A stretch of 64,000 nt of DNA from Pristiophorus japonicus (Eukaryota), in contig NC_092001.1 in NCBI RefSeq assembly GCF_044704955.1, positions 19,530,001 through 19,594,000 on the forward strand, in the 5' to 3' direction. The position numbers and the translations under genes are program-made. The notes under the pieces are model-generated. The model had not been told where the DNA came from. It was given only the letters and a program-made list of their open reading frames with translations, and did no database searches. Shown here piece by piece: positions 11,401 to 25,400 of this stretch. Numbering within the stretch: the first letter of the stretch is position 1; each line of letters begins with the position of its first letter.

Positions 11401-14040
11401 AGACGAATACAAAATATTTGTTCAGATTTTCTGCCATTTCCATGTTCTCCATTACTAATTCCCCGGTCTCGTCCTCTAAGGGACCAACATTTAGTCTAGC
11501 CAATCTTTTCCTTTTTATATTCCTATAGAAACTCTTGCTATCTATATTTATATTTCATGCTAATTTACATTCATAGTCTATGTTCACTCAGAGAATTGTG
11601 AACCTGTGAATTCCCTACCACAGAAAGTTGTTGATGCCAGTCGCTAGATATATTCAAAAGGGAGTTAGATGTGGCCCTTTCTGCCAAATGTATCAAGGCG
11701 TATGGAGAGAAAGCATTCATGCGGCACTGAAATTGAATGATCAGTTTTGTTCATGTGGAATGGTGGTGCAGGCTCGAAGGGCCCAATGGCCTATTCCTGG
11801 ACCTATTTCACATGTTTCTATGTTTCTATGTTTCTAATCATTTTGTTAGTCTTTCATTTGTTGCCTTTTAAACGTTTCCCAATCTTCTGTCCTCCCACTA
11901 GTTTTGCCCCCTTGCTTTTAATTGGAAACGTCCTTTATTTCTTTATTTAGCCACGGGTATGAGTAGAAATATCCTCTCTGCCTCCACCTTGTTGTGTCCC
12001 CTCATTATCTGATTAGTTTCAATCAGATCATCTCTCATTCTTCTGAACTCCAGTATGAACAGGTCCAACCTACTTAACATATCTTCATAACTCAACCCCC
12101 TCATCTCCTGAATCAATCTTGTGAACATTCGCTGAACAGCCTCCAATGCAAGTATATCCTTCCTTAAATACGGAGAACCAAAACTTTAAGTAGTCCTCTC
12201 GGTTTGGCTTCATCAATACGCTGTACACTTTTGCCGACTCACTTAGCCTGTCTATATCCATTTGTCGATTTTTTTGTGTCCTCCTCACAATTTGCTTTCC
12301 CACCCATGTTTGTATCATCAGCAAACTTGTCTAACATTATACTTGATCCCTTCACCCAAGTCATTACTATAGATTGTAAATAGTTGAGGACCCAGCACCA
12401 ATCCCTGTGGCACCCCTCTAATCACTGTTTGCCAACCAGAAATGACGTATTTATCCTGATTCTCCGATCTGTTAGTTAGCCAATCCTTTAACCATGCTAA
12501 AATATTGCCTCCAACCACAAGGCCTTTAATATTGTGCAGTAACCTTTTTATGTGGCACCTTATCGAATGCCTTCTGGAATCCCAATACACCACATCCATT
12601 GGTTCCCCCTGATCAACCCTGTATGATACATCCTCAAAGAACACCAGCAAATTTGTCAAACATGATTTCCCTTTCATGAAACCATGCTGACTCTGTTTGA
12701 TTGAATCATGCTTTTCCAAATGACCCACTACCGATTCATTAATAATGGAGTCCTGCATTTTACAATGACAGATATTCGGCTAACTGGTCGATAGTTTCCT
12801 GCTTTTTGTTGGCCTACTTTTATAATAGCGGCATTACATTTGCGGAAATTTTGGTTGAAAACAACAAATGCATCCATTAGCTCTGCAGCCACTTTCTTTA
12901 AGACCCTAGGATGTAAACCATCAGGTCCAGGGGACTTGTCCGCCTTTAGTCCCATTATTTTACAGAGTGCTACTTCATTAGTGATAGTGACTATAATAAT
13001 TCCTCCCTGCCTAAAACCCATTGATTATCCACTATTGGCCTGTTTTTAGTTTCTTCTACGTGAAGATCAATAAAAAATATTTGTTCAACGTCTCTGCCAT
13101 TTCCCTGCTTTCCATTATTAATTCACCAGTCTCATCCTCCAGGTGACCACCATTTACTTTAGGCACTCGATCCTTTTTATATACCTGTAGAACCTCGTAC
13201 TATCCATTTTTATATTTCGTGCTGGTTTACTTTTATAATCTATCATCGTTCTGTTCATCTTTTGTTCAGTTGTTCTTTCCTGGCTTTCAAAAGATTCCAA
13301 TCCTCTGGCCTCCCACTAGTCTTGGCCACATTGTACGCATTTGTTTTCAATTTGATACCATCCATTATTTCCTTATTTAGCGACGGATAGTTATCCCTTC
13401 TCTTAATTGGGATATATTTTTGTTGAGAGACATGAAATATTTCCTTAATTGTCTCTCACTGCTCATCAACTGTCCCATACTTTTATCTATTTTCCGAGTC
13501 CATTTTGGCCAACTCCGCCCTCATACCTTTGAAGTCTTATTTATTAAACCTGAGGACACTGGTTTGACAATGAACTCTCTCTACCTCCAACTGAATTTGA
13601 AATTCAACCAAGTTATGGTCACTCATAGATCAGTCCGGCACAGAAGGTGGCAATTCAGTCCATAGAGTCTGTGCTGGCTATTTCGAAGAGCAATCCACTT
13701 AGTCCCACTCCCCCACTCTTTCCCGATATCCCTGCATTTTATTCTCATTAAAGTATTTATACAAATTCCTTTTGAAAGAAACTATTGAATCTGTATCTAG
13801 CACCTTATCAGGCCGTACTCTACAAATCCTAACTAGTGGTTGCATAGAGAAGTTCGTCCACATATAGCCTCTAGTTCTTTTGTTAATCACCTTACATCTG
13901 AAACAGTTTCTATTTAGTTACTCTATCTAAACCCTTGATGATGTTAAACACTTCTATCAAATCTTCTCTTCGTCTTCTCTCCTCTAAGGAGAACAATAAA
14001 ATCTTCTCCATTCTCTCCACATTAACTGATGTCCCTCTTT
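11400..14040 (-). mobile_element. Nested CR1 fragments, mostly minus; a plus-strand 3' end with (tttctatg)n tail lies at ~11585-11835
   Basis: ORFs 11943-13021 give QHGFMKGKSCLTNLL, GVPQGLVLGP, KSPGPDGLHPRVLK. Confidence 0.85.
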
Positions 14041-14044
14041 CCTG

Positions 14045-14226
14045 GTCATCATCATAGGCATAGGCAGCCCCTGGAATCGAGGAAGACTTGCGTCCACTCT
14101 AAAAGTGAGTTCTTACGTGACTGAACAGTCCAATTTGGGATTTGCAGTCTCTGTCGCAGGTGGGACATCCAGTCGTTGAAGGAAATGTGGGTGTGACTGG
14201 TTTGCTGCACGCTCCTTCCGCTGCCT
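14045..14226 (-). mobile_element. RTE-clade LINE 3' end
   Basis: Reverse complement of the RTE 3' end at 42050-42209, including the (ATG)n tail (catcatcatagg); paralog at 26585-26735. Confidence 0.75.
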
Positions 14227-14551
14227 GGTACTAGTCTACTAAATCTCCTCTTAACATTCTCTGCTCGAAGGAGAACAGCCCCAGCTTTTCCAGTCTCTGC
14301 ACGTAATTTGAAACCCCCATTCCTGATGCCTTTGCAGTAAATTGCTGCTGTACCCTCTCGAAGGTCTTCACGTCATACCTAAAGTGTGGTCTTCAGAATT
14401 GAACACATTATTCCAGCTGGGTCCGAACTAGTGTTCCTAGTCATTCATCCCTGGTACCAATCTGGTAAATCTCCCCTCACACTTCTCTGCTGTAAGTAGA
14501 ACAGCCCCAGCTTCTCCAAGTCAGTCCGCGTAGCGAATACGTGTGTCCTAC

Positions 14552-14600
14552 CGTCCCGTACACACAATGACAGCGAGCTCCAGGCGGGAACTGGCCTGTC
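14552..14600 (-). other. Candidate 49-nt exon 2 of the unidentified minus-strand gene (unit B)
   Basis: Polypyrimidine tract + ttcag acceptor, gtagga donor; same 49-nt length in unit C. Confidence 0.4.
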
Positions 14601-14964
14601 CTGAACAGTGAGAAGGTGGAGGGAAAAGAAACAGCTGAAAATCCACGATGTCTTAAAACAATTTTTAAATGGTGATCCTTATTTGTTTTATTTAAAGAAG
14701 GAAAATTATCCTGATTGCCCCAACTAGAATTTCTCACCAGTGCCAGTTCCCCAGCCAACTCCCTCTCCGGAAATTTCACCATTTTTATCTCTGTCAGTTT
14801 TATTCGGGGTGGGGTTAACTATATATATTTACCTTCGCTGTCTCTCTTATATGTAAATATGTGTGAAAGCCCGGTGAAGGAAATGGATTCATAAAATTCC
14901 AGCTGAGAAATTCTAATACCTGGAAGGAGAGACACTGCAAAGAGAAAAATAAGAATCGGTTGTG

Positions 14965-15155
14965 TCGAAGGAGGGATAGAGGCTGGGAGGATTGGAGCAA
15001 GGGATGGGTGGAGGGAGGGAAGGTTGTAGGGATGTAGGTAGGGAGGGAGAGATGGTGCAGGGAGGGAGCGATTGATGGATGGAGGGCTGGAGGTATGGAG
15101 GGCAGGAGGAATGGAGGAAGGGAGTGTTGGAGAGATGGTGGAGGGAATGATGGAC
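14965..15155 (+). repeat. GGA-rich purine tract (unit B)
   Basis: ggagggaggga repeats. Confidence 0.85.
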
Positions 15156-15353
15156 TATCTCCCAAATTACCCGATCAAAACTCCTTATCATTTTTAACAC
15201 CTCTAATAAGGGCCCAGAACCTGCTCGGCTCGAAGGAGGACAGGCCCAGCTTCCAGCTGATCTGATGGTGCAGCTCACACTGTGTTTAACTCAAGTTCCG
15301 TGAGTCCTGCTTCCTCGGGCACTTCCCGTTGTTCCTTGTGGAATCACTGACAC

Positions 15354-15380
15354 TTTTATATGGGCCCAGTGGAGATCCCA
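15354..15380 (-). promoter_or_regulatory. Candidate core promoter, unit B: degenerate kB site plus TATAAAA
   Basis: Minus strand TGGGATCTCC-actgggccca-TATAAAA. Confidence 0.45.
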
Positions 15381-15524
15381 CTGTGGAAATGACACCGCAG
15401 GCAAGATACGAGAACTCGCACCTGAAATTAAACCGATCGGTGTAAGACTAGGCTCAGGCACTCAACTTCAGACACGATGAGCTGAATGGCAGCATTTTAA
15501 AATACAAGCTGTCATATGTTCAAT

Positions 15525-15968
15525 TCTCGGCGCCGTGGGATCGCTCTTTCCTCTGACTCAGAAGGTCACAGGTACGAAATTCCACTCCAGATACCTGAGC
15601 CCATAATCTATGCCGACACGTCCGGTGCCAGTATTGAGACAGAGCTGCACGGTCAGCGGGGCTGTCTTTCGGGGCAGACAAACTGAGGAACCATCTTCCT
15701 ATTCAGGTTGATTTAAACGACTCGAGGCAAAATTTTAAAGAGCAGAGGTGCTTTCCAGGGTTTCCAGCGCAAATATTTATCCCTCAACCAACATCTGAAA
15801 AATAGATTATATGATCATTATTTCATTGCTGTATGTGTATCGTGCTAAGCACAAATTGGCTGCCACATTTCCCAAATTACATCAGTGACCACACTTCCAA
15901 ATTAATTCATTGTTTTTAAAGCACTTTGGGACATCATGAGGTCTTGAAAGGCGCTATATAAATGCAAG
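15525..15968 (+). mobile_element. Deu-domain SINE, unit B copy
   Basis: Homologous to 513-958; tail gaaaggcgctatataaatgcaag. Confidence 0.7.
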
Positions 15969-16498
15969 GTGTTTGTAAATGTCAACATTTGAAAATACAA
16001 GTTGCGCAATGTGAAAAGCTCACACATCAATGCAATTGCAGGAAACTCCTCTGGTCACTGCTTTAACTTGTTCAGTTTCAGTGGATTAAATCTTCCACTA
16101 AATGGAGATCCAGTGGAATAGCAGCCTGTTCAGGGATGTTCCACTGATTTCAGCAGCAGGACTTTCAGAACTGAATCATTAATTTTAATATTTATTCCCT
16201 TTGATATAAATCACATCTGTTCTAATTGAACAAAACTGAACCCAGCATTACGGTTCGAGATTTTTCTATTAATGTTGTTCCAAATGTTAATATTCTCAAA
16301 ATAAGCCATTGTTGTGAATTGAAACTAATCAATAAGTGACTCTGTTGATCTGATTTTGCTGCCATGAACACTTGATGGGAACCAGTGAGGCGTTTATGTA
16401 AAGAAACACAGAAATAGACGTCCCAGATTAGGGTATTGTGTGACAGAAACACAATAATTTGCCCCAGCAACACAGCAGAGAAATAAACAGAGAAAGAA

Positions 16499-16680
16499 AT
16501 GCAAATGTCTCAAAAGATTCTAGCAACAATTGTTGTTTGGTACATTTCTCTAATTTAAAGGAGAATAAAGTAAAGATGATACCCACGGACAGAATGGAGA
16601 TAGATGCTTGTCACCGTTTATAGTGACATCACAAATGTGTCAGTGGGGATTTCCTGTATCCTCTCCCTCTCCGATTTCTA
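16499..16680. promoter_or_regulatory. Conserved motif block, unit B; IRF-like part interrupted by CR1
   Basis: ATGCAAAT 16499-16506, AGTGACATCA 16622-16631, GGGGATTTCC 16645-16654; the remainder resumes at ~20242. Confidence 0.5.
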
Positions 16681-16683
16681 ATT

Positions 16684-19600
16684 TAAGAACATAAGAATTA
16701 GCAACAGGAGTAGGCCATCTAGCCCCTCGAGCCTGCTCCGGCATTCAATAAGATCATGGCTGATCTGGCCGTGGAATCAGCTCCACTTACCCGCCCGCTC
16801 CCCGTAACGCTTAATTCCCCTATTGGTTAAAAATCTATCTATCTGTGACTTGAATACATTCAATGAGCTAGCCTCAACTGCATCCTTGGACAGAGAATTC
16901 CACAGATTCACAACCCTCTGGTAGAATAAATTCCTTCTCAACTCGGTTTTAAATTGGCTCCCCCGTATTTTGAGGCTGTGCCCCCTAGTTCGAGTCTCAA
17001 CGACCAGTGGAAAAAACATCTCCGGCTCTATCTTTTCTATCCCTTTCATTATTATAAATGTTTCTCTAAGATCACCCCTCATCCTTCTGAACTCCAACGA
17101 GTAAACACCCAGTCTACACAATCTATCATCATAAGGTAACCCCCTCATCTCCAGAATCAGCCCAGTGAATCGTCTCTGTACCCCCTCCAAAGCCAGTATA
17201 TCCTTCCTTAAGTAAGGTGACCAAAACTGCATGCAATACTCCAGGTGCGGCTTACCAATATCCAATAAAGTTGCAGCAGGACCTCCCTGCTTTTGTACTC
17301 CATCCCTCTCGCAATGAAGGCCAACATTCCATTCGCCTTCCTGATTACCTGCTGCACCGGCAAACTACATTTTGGGATTCATGCACAAGGACCCCCATGT
17401 CCCTCTGCAACTCAGCATGTTGCAATTTGTCTCCATTCAAATAATATTTCCTTTTACTGTTTTTTTCCCCCCAAGGTGGATGACCTCACACTTTCCATCA
17501 TTGTATTCCATCTGCCAAACCTGAGCCCATCGCTTAACCTATCCAAATCCCTTTGCAGCCTCTCTGTGTCCTCTACACAACCCGCTTTCCCACTAATCTT
17601 TTTGTCATCTGCAAATTTTGTTACACTACACTCTGTCCCCTCTTCCAGGTAATCTATGTATATTGTAAACAGTTGTGGTCCCAGCACCGATCCCTGTGGC
17701 ACAGCACTGACCACCGATTTCCAATCCGAAAAGGACCCATTTATCCCGACTCTCTGCTTTTTGTTCGCCAGCCAATTCTCTATCCATGCTAAAACATTTC
17801 CCCTGAATCCACGTACCTCTATCTTTTGCAGTAAAATTTTGTGTGGCGCCTTATCGAATGCCTTTTGGAAATCTAAATATACCACATCCATCGGTACACC
17901 TCTATCCACCATGCTCGTTATATCCTCAAAGAATTCCAGTAAATTAGTTAAATATGATTTCCCCTTCATGAATCCATGCTGCGTCTGCTTGATTGCACTA
18001 TTCCTATCTAGATGTCCCGCTATTTCTTCCTGAATGATAGTTTCAAGCATTTTCCGCACTACAGATGTTAAACTAACCGGCCTCTCGTTAACTGCCTTTT
18101 GTCTGACCCCTTTTTTAAACAGACGCGTTACATTAGCTGTTTTCCAATCCGCTGGTACCTCCCCAGAGTCCAGAGAATTTTGGTAGATTATAACGAAAGC
18201 ACCTGCTATAACTTCCTCCATCTCTTTTAATACCCTGGGATGCATTTCATCAGAACCAGGGGACATATCTACCTTGAGGCCCATTAGCCTGTCCAGCACT
18301 ACCCCCCTAGTGATAGTGATTGTCTCAAGGTCCTCCCTTCCCACATTCCTGTGACCAACAATTTTTGGCATGGTTTTTGTGTGAATTCCGAAGCAAAATA
18401 ATTGTTTAAGGTCTCAGCCATGTCCACATTTCCCATTATTAAATCCACCTTCTCATCTTCCAAGGGACCATGATTTACTTTAGTCCCTCTTTTCCGTTTT
18501 ACATATCTGTAAAACTTTTAATATCTGTTTTTATGTTCTGTGCAAGTTTACCTTCGTAATCTATCTTTCCTTTCTTTATTGCTTTTTTCGTCATTCTTTG
18601 CTGTTGTTTAAAATTTTCGCAATCCTCTAGTTTCCCACGAACCTTGGCCACCTTATACGCATTGGTCTTTGATTTGATACTCTCCTTTATTTCCTTGGTT
18701 ATCCACGGCTGGATATCCCTTCTCTTACCACCTTTCTTTTTCATTGGAATATATTTTTGTTGCGCACTATGAAAGAGCTCTTTAAAAGTCCTCCACTGTC
18801 CCTCAATTGTGCCACCGTTTAGTCTGTGTTTCCAGTCTACTTTAGCCAACTCTGCACTCATCCCGCTGTAGTCCCCTTTGTTTAAGCATAGTATGCTCGT
18901 TTGAGACACAACTGCCTCACCCTCAATCTATATAACAAATTCAACCATACTGTGATCACTCATTCCGAGAGGATCTTTTACTTGGAGATGGTTTATTTTT
19001 CTTGTCTCATTACACAGTACTGGATCTAAGATAGCTTGCTCCCTTGTCCGTTCTGTAACATACTGTTCTAAGAAACAATCCCGTATGCATTCTATGAATT
19101 CTTCCTCCAGGTTACCCCGTGCGCTTTGAGTTGACCAATCGATATGTAGGTTAAAATCCCCCATGACTACTACCGTTCCTTTTTCACAAGCCTCCATCAT
19201 TGCTTGATTATTGCCCGCCCCACCGTGAAGTTTTTATTTGGGGGCCTACAAATTACGCCCACCAGTGACTTTTTCCACTTACTAACTCTAATCTCCACCC
19301 ACAATGATTCATGATTTTGTTCATCAGAGCCATTATCGTTTCTCACAACTGCCCTGATATCATCCTTTATTAAGAGACCTACCCCACCTCCTTTCCCTTC
19401 TTGTCTATCTTTCCGAATCGTCAGATACCCCTGTATGTTTAATTCCCAGTCTTGACCACCCTGCAACCATGTTTCTGTAATGGCCACCAAATCATACCCA
19501 TTTGTGATGATTTGTGCCGTCAACTCATTTACTTTATTTCGAACACTGCATGTGTTTCGGTAGAGTGTTTTAAACCTAGTTTTTAAACCATGATTTCTAG

Positions 19601-20240
19601 TTTTGACCCCTCCTGCAGCCCCTTTATATTCAGTGGCCCTATTTGTATTTTGCCTTGGGATTCTCTGCCCTCCACTTTTACTCATTTCCTTTCTGTCTTT
19701 TGCTTTTGTCTCATTTTTGTTTCCCTCTGTCTTCCTGCATTGGTTCCCATCCCCCTGCCATATTAGTTTAATTCCTCCCAAACAGCACGAGCAAACACTC
19801 GCCCGAGGACATTGTTTCCGGTCCTGCCCAGGTGCAGACCGTCCGGTTTGTACTGGTCCCAACTCCCCCAGAACCTGTTCCAATGCCCCATGAATTTGAA
19901 TCCCTCCCTGCTGCAACGCAGCTCAAGCCACGTATTCATCTGCGCTAGCATGCGATTCCTACTCTGACGAGCACGTGGCACTGGTAGCAATCCCGAGATT
20001 ACTATTTTGAGGTCCTACTTTTTAATTTTGCTCCTAGCTCCTTAAATTCGTACCGTCGAACCTCATCCTTTTTTTTTACCTATGTCGTTGGTACCAATGT
20101 GCACTACGACAACTGGCTGTTCTCCCTCCCTTTTTAGAATGTCCTGCCCCCGCTCTGAGACAACCTTGACCCTTGCACCAGGGAGGCAACATACCTCCTG
20201 AAGACTCGGTTGCGGCCGCAGAAAAGCATGTCTATTCCCC
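16684..20240 (-). mobile_element. Long 5'-truncated CR1 LINE: ORF1 esterase (SGNH) part, ORF2 APE endonuclease + RT, 3' tail; inactivated
   Basis: VCCLPGARV..VVVHIGTND; YDLVAITETWL; VVMGDFN; YLDFQKAFDK, VPQGSVLGP, KFADD; (ttcttatg) tail at 16684-16697. Confidence 0.93.
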
Positions 20241-20419
20241 GTTCCGTCTTGTCCTATATTTCCGTCTTGTCTCTCAAGAATGGATAATGGGCATTCCCCC
20301 ACAACTAGATATCTACAACTAACAAAAGTTTTCCTTGAGCCCTAATAATATGCCTTGAACCAAATTGATTGGAGTCTGCAGAGGGAGCTATAATCCAAAA
20401 TATGACCCATGAATGAAAT

Positions 20420-20630
20420 GATCTGGGGGTGTTTCATGGGACAATGTAGAGGGAGCTTAACATTAAACTAAATTGTGTGTATCTGACCTGAGAGCATTTA
20501 ATGGCACTGCGTAAATGGTGCTTTACATTACATCTAAACCATGCTGTACCTGCCCTCGGGGTATTTAATGGAGCAGTTTAGAAGGAGTTTTACTCTGTAT
20601 CTGACACATGTTGTACATGTCCCGGGAGTT
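20420..20630 (+). repeat. Degenerate ~67-bp minisatellite (unit B)
   Basis: gggacaatgtagagggagctt...ccatgctgtacctgccc. Confidence 0.7.
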
Positions 20631-20680
20631 ACAGCATTTAATGCCGTAATAACTGAGGCAAGTTCTAGTTTAATATAAAC

Positions 20681-21200
20681 TTAGCATGCAGCTACAGCAG
20701 GCAGTAAAGAAAGCAAATGACATGCTGGCCTTCATAGCGAGGGGATTTGAGTATAGGAGCGGATAGCTCTTATTGCAGTTGTACATGGCCTTGGTGAGAC
20801 CACACTTTGAGTAATGTGTGTAGTTTTGATCTCCTAATCTGAAGAAGGACGTTCTTGCTATTTAGGGAGTGCAGCGAAGGTTCACCAGACTGATTCCAGT
20901 GATGACAGGACTGACATATGAAGAAAAACAAATCAACTAGTCTTATATTCACTGGAGTTTAGAAGAATGAGAGGGGATCTCATAGAAACATATTAAATTC
21001 GGACGGGATTGTACAAGTTAGAAGCAGGAAGAATGTTCCCGATATTGGGGAAGTCCAAAATCACGGGTGACAGTCTAAGGATAAGCGGTAAGCCATTTAC
21101 GACCGATACGAGGAGAAACTTCTTCACTCAGAGAATTGTAAACCTGTGGAATTCACGACCACATAAAGTTGTTGAGATCAGTTGGTTAGATATATTCAAA
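20681..21200 (+). mobile_element. CR1 3' ORF2 fragment
   Basis: RRNFFTQRIVNLWNS motif. Confidence 0.85.
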
Positions 21201-22260
21201 AGTCACTGTTTTCCAACCGGAAAATGACCCATTTATCGCGACTCGCCGATCTATTTGTTAGCCAATACTGTGTTCCAGGGACTGTTGCTAGATTGCAACC
21301 AATGTATCCACTATTTCTATAGCCACTTCTTTTAAGACCCTTGTAAGCCAACAGGTACAGGGGACTTCTGCGCCTTTAGTCCCATTATTTAACTGAGACG
21401 ACTTCATTATTGACGGAGATTGTAATAAGTTCCTCCCTCCCTATAGCCCTTTAATTATCCACTATTGGAATGTTTTTAGTGTCTTCTAACGTGAAGATGG
21501 ATATTAAATATTTGTTCAACGTCTCTGCCATTTCTTTGTTCTCTATTATTAATTCCCCAGTCTCATCCTCCACGTGATCAACATTTACTTTAGCCACTCT
21601 TTTCCTTTTTATGGAACTGCAGAAAATCTTACTATCTGTTTTTATATTTCGTGATAGTTTACTTTTATAACCTATCTTCCCTCTCTTTATCATCTGTTTA
21701 GTTTGTCGTTGCTGGCTTTTTAAAGTTTCCCAGTCCTCCTGCCTCCCATTTGTCTTGGTCACATTGTACGCATTTGTTTTTAATTTGATACCATACCTTA
21801 TTTCCTTATTTGGCCGCGGATTTTTTTCCCTTCTCTTACAGTCTTGCCTTCTCATTGCATATATTTTTGTTGGGAGTTATAAATATCTCCTTAAATGTCT
21901 GCCACTCAAAATCAACATCCCATACTTTTATCAATTTTCCCGGAACCTTTTCGCCAACTCTTCCCTCATACCTTTGTCGTCTTCTTTACTTAAGCTTTGG
22001 ACACTGGATTTGAGAACAAACTATCTCACCCTCCAACTGAATTTGAAATTCAACCATATTATGGTCACTCATAATACGGCACAGAAGGTGCCAATTCAGC
22101 ACATCGTGTCTTTGCCAGCTCTTTCGAAGAGCTATCCAGTTCGTCCCACTCCCCGCTCTTTCCCTATATCCCTGCATTTTATTCTCCTTCAAGTATTTAC
22201 ACAATTTCCTTTTGACTGCTACTATTGAATATGTATTTACCGCCCCATCAGGTAGTACAA
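21201..22260 (-). mobile_element. CR1 fragments paralogous to ~12420-13820
   Basis: SRNIKTDSKIFCSSIKRKR; same CR1/CR1 junction (ggtcactcat) as at ~13620. Confidence 0.8.
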
Positions 22261-22262
22261 TC

Positions 22263-22475
22263 TGATACACTCGTAATAAAGGATGAAACTGAGTACTGTG
22301 AACAATGAACAAGTGTGACCTTAGCTCCTTTAAAAAGACTCCAGTGTGCCAGTACCTCGTGGGTGGCCTGCTTACATACCGTGGTCCAAAGTAATGCTGG
22401 GATCCCTTGGAACTCCAATAGATAGTCACTCTGGTGTTGATGTACTACATGGTGCAAGGTGTTAAATAAATAACA
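22263..22475 (-). repeat. 3' LTR (213 bp, TG...CA), preceded by a polypurine tract
   Basis: Minus strand starts TGTTAT and ends TATCA; PPT gagggagtga at 22476-22485; homologous to 26495-26581. Confidence 0.8.
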
Positions 22476-25400
22476 TCACTCCCTCGTAAAATAATAGTTG
22501 CACTTATTTACAGGGTGAGACAATCTGGGGCTTTTCGCACCCTTGTCGATCATCTCGGTACAAATGCGGGTGTGGGTGGATTGGTTAGTTCTTTACTCGG
22601 CAGCTGGGCAGCCGGCCTTGCCGGGCTGCTGGGGATGGTGAGTTCGGCTTTGTGGTCAACCATTATGTCGGTTGCAATTTGTGTGTATTCTGGAGGGTCA
22701 AATTTGGTGGTGTCTTCTGCGGGTTGTTCGTAGCTGTTGGAGAACCGCAATTTGATTTGGTCCAAATGTTTTCTGCACGTTAGTCCATTGGCCAATTTGA
22801 CCTGAAACACCCTGCTCCCCTCTTTGGTGATGACCGTACCAGCGAGCCATTTGGGACCATGTCCATAATTCAGTACAAACACTGGTTCATTGACCTCAAT
22901 TTCGCGTGACAAATTTGCGCGGTCATGATACAGACTTTGTTGATGCTGCTTGCCCTCCACATGATCAATGAGGTCAGGGTGAACAAGAGAGAGTCGTGCT
23001 TTTAGCGCCCTTTTCATGGGCAGCTCGGCTGGGGGAACCCCGGTGAGTGAGTGGGGTCTGGTGGGTAGCTGAGCAGCACTCGGGATAGTCGGGTCTGCAG
23101 TGAGCCTTCCATCACTCGTTTCAAGCTTTGCTTGATGGTCTGAACTGCCCATTCTGCCTGGCCGTTGGATGCAGTTTGAGTGGGGAAAATCTGACGTGCT
23201 TGATCCCATTGCGGATCATGAATTCCTTGAATTCAGCACTGGTGAAGCACAGCCCATTTTCGCTGACTAGGACATCAGGAATGCCCTGCGTGGCAAATAT
23301 GGCTGGTAGGCTTTCAAAGGTGGCCGTGGGCGTGCTGACGCACATTGTAACACACTCAATCCATTTTGAGTAAGCATCCATGACAACCAAGAACATTTTG
23401 CCCAGCAATGGCCCCGCATAGTCCACATGGATCCTCGACCACGGTTTGGAGGGACACGACCACAAATTAGCGGTGCCGCTCTGGGTGCATTGCTCTGCTG
23501 AGAGCATGTGTTGCACTGGTGCACGCATGACTCTGAATCTGAGACGACGCTAGGCCAACACACATGGGATCTGGCTATGACTTTCATCAATATCATGCCT
23601 GGGAGAGTGCTGTGCAATTCACAGATGAACGTATCTATGCGTTTCTTTGGAAAGTCCACGCGATTAACGCACAACAGACAGTCCGCCTGCAAGGACATTT
23701 CATTAATGCGCCTGTGGAACGGCTTGATTACCTCCTGCACCTCCGCTGGGACGCTGGACCAGCTCCCATGGAGGAAACAGTTAATTAAACCAAGGACAGT
23801 AAAGGATCCTGGATGGTCCAGGTTCTGACCTGCCGGAGTGTAATAGGTGACGTTTCGTTTTCGAATGCATCCATTATCATGAGCCAGTCCACAGTCTGTT
23901 CCATTTCCACCACGGTGGGGGGCTATGGTAGCCGACTGAGAGCATCAGGGCAGTTCTCTGTGTCAGGCGTGTGGCGGATTACCTAGTTGTATGCTGACAG
24001 CGTGAGCGCCCATCTTTGGATGCTGGCAGAGGCATTGGTGCTAATCGCTTTTCTCTCAGAGAATAGCTTGTGGTCAATTTCAAGCTCAAACTTGAGGCCA
24101 AACAAACACTGGTGCTTTTTTTGAATCCCGTAAACGCATACCAGAGTCTCTTTTTCAATCATGCTGTTGGCCCTTTCGGTCTTGGACAAGCTCCTGGACA
24201 CATTAGTGACCGGTTTCAAAATCCCCAATTTTTTAGCCTGTTGTAACAAGCAGGCTCGCACTAATTGTTTATAATGGTTATACAGGGCATGCAGCTTGTT
24301 TGAACACAACAGATTTCATGCTTTCTCAAAGGCAGCCTCTTGTGAATTACCCCAGACACAGTCGTCTCCCTTGCGCAGTAGCACATGTAGGGGTTGTCGC
24401 AGTGTGCTTAACCCAGGTAGGATATTACCAAAATCATTAAGGAGCCCCACAATCGATTGCAGCTCTGTCACGTTCTGTGGTCTCGGCACGTTCTTGATGG
24501 CCTCCGATTTGGCGTTGGTGCGTCTGATGCTGTCTGCTGCGATTTTACTTCCCATGAACTCGACCTCTGGTTCCAGAAAAAACACTTTGAGCGTGTCAAC
24601 ATTAGTCCCACGAGATCCAACCGACAAAGAACCTCTTCCAGATTCTTCAGCTGCTCAATGGTGTCCAGACATGCAAGTAGTATTTCGTCCTGGAAGACCA
24701 CGGTGCGAGCAACCAACTTTAGCAGGCGTTCCATGTTCTATTGGAAGATTTCTGCAGCCGACCGTATCCCGAACGGGCATCAGTTATACTTGAACAGAGC
24801 TGTGTGTGTTGGTGCAGGTGAAGTCTTTCAAAGACTCGTCCAGCTCCTGCATCATGTCGGCCGCGTTCAGGTCCAGCTTGGTGAACGTCTTCCCTCCAGC
24901 CAGGTTCGCAAGTAGCTCATCTGCCTTGGATAGCAGATACTGGTCCTGTAGCGAAAAACGGTTAATCGTTACTTTATAGTCCCCACAAATTCTAACCGTG
25001 CCGTACTCTTTAAGGACCGGGACAATCACACTGGCCCACTCGTTGAATTCCACCGGCGCGATGATGCCTTCTCGCTGCAGCCTGTTCAGCTCAATTACCA
25101 CGTTCTCATGCATCATATACGGTACCGCCCGTGCCTTGTGGCAGATGGGTCGTGTACCGGGAACCAAATGGATCTGCACTTTCGCCCCCGAGAAGCTTCC
25201 AACGCTTGGATCGAATAACGGTGGAAATCTGCTCAGAACCTGGGCACATGATTCATCGTCGACGGACGAAACCGCTTGGATGTCGTCCCAGTTCCAACGA
25301 ACTTTTCGGAGCCAGCTTCTGCCAAACAGTGTGGGGCCATCCCCTGGCATGACCCACAGCGGGAGTTCATGTACAGCTCCATCATAGGATACTTTGACTT

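Noticed and set aside
14815-15278. Proline-rich ORFs (also 27350-27721)
   Set aside because: Antisense translation of the GGA-rich low-complexity tract
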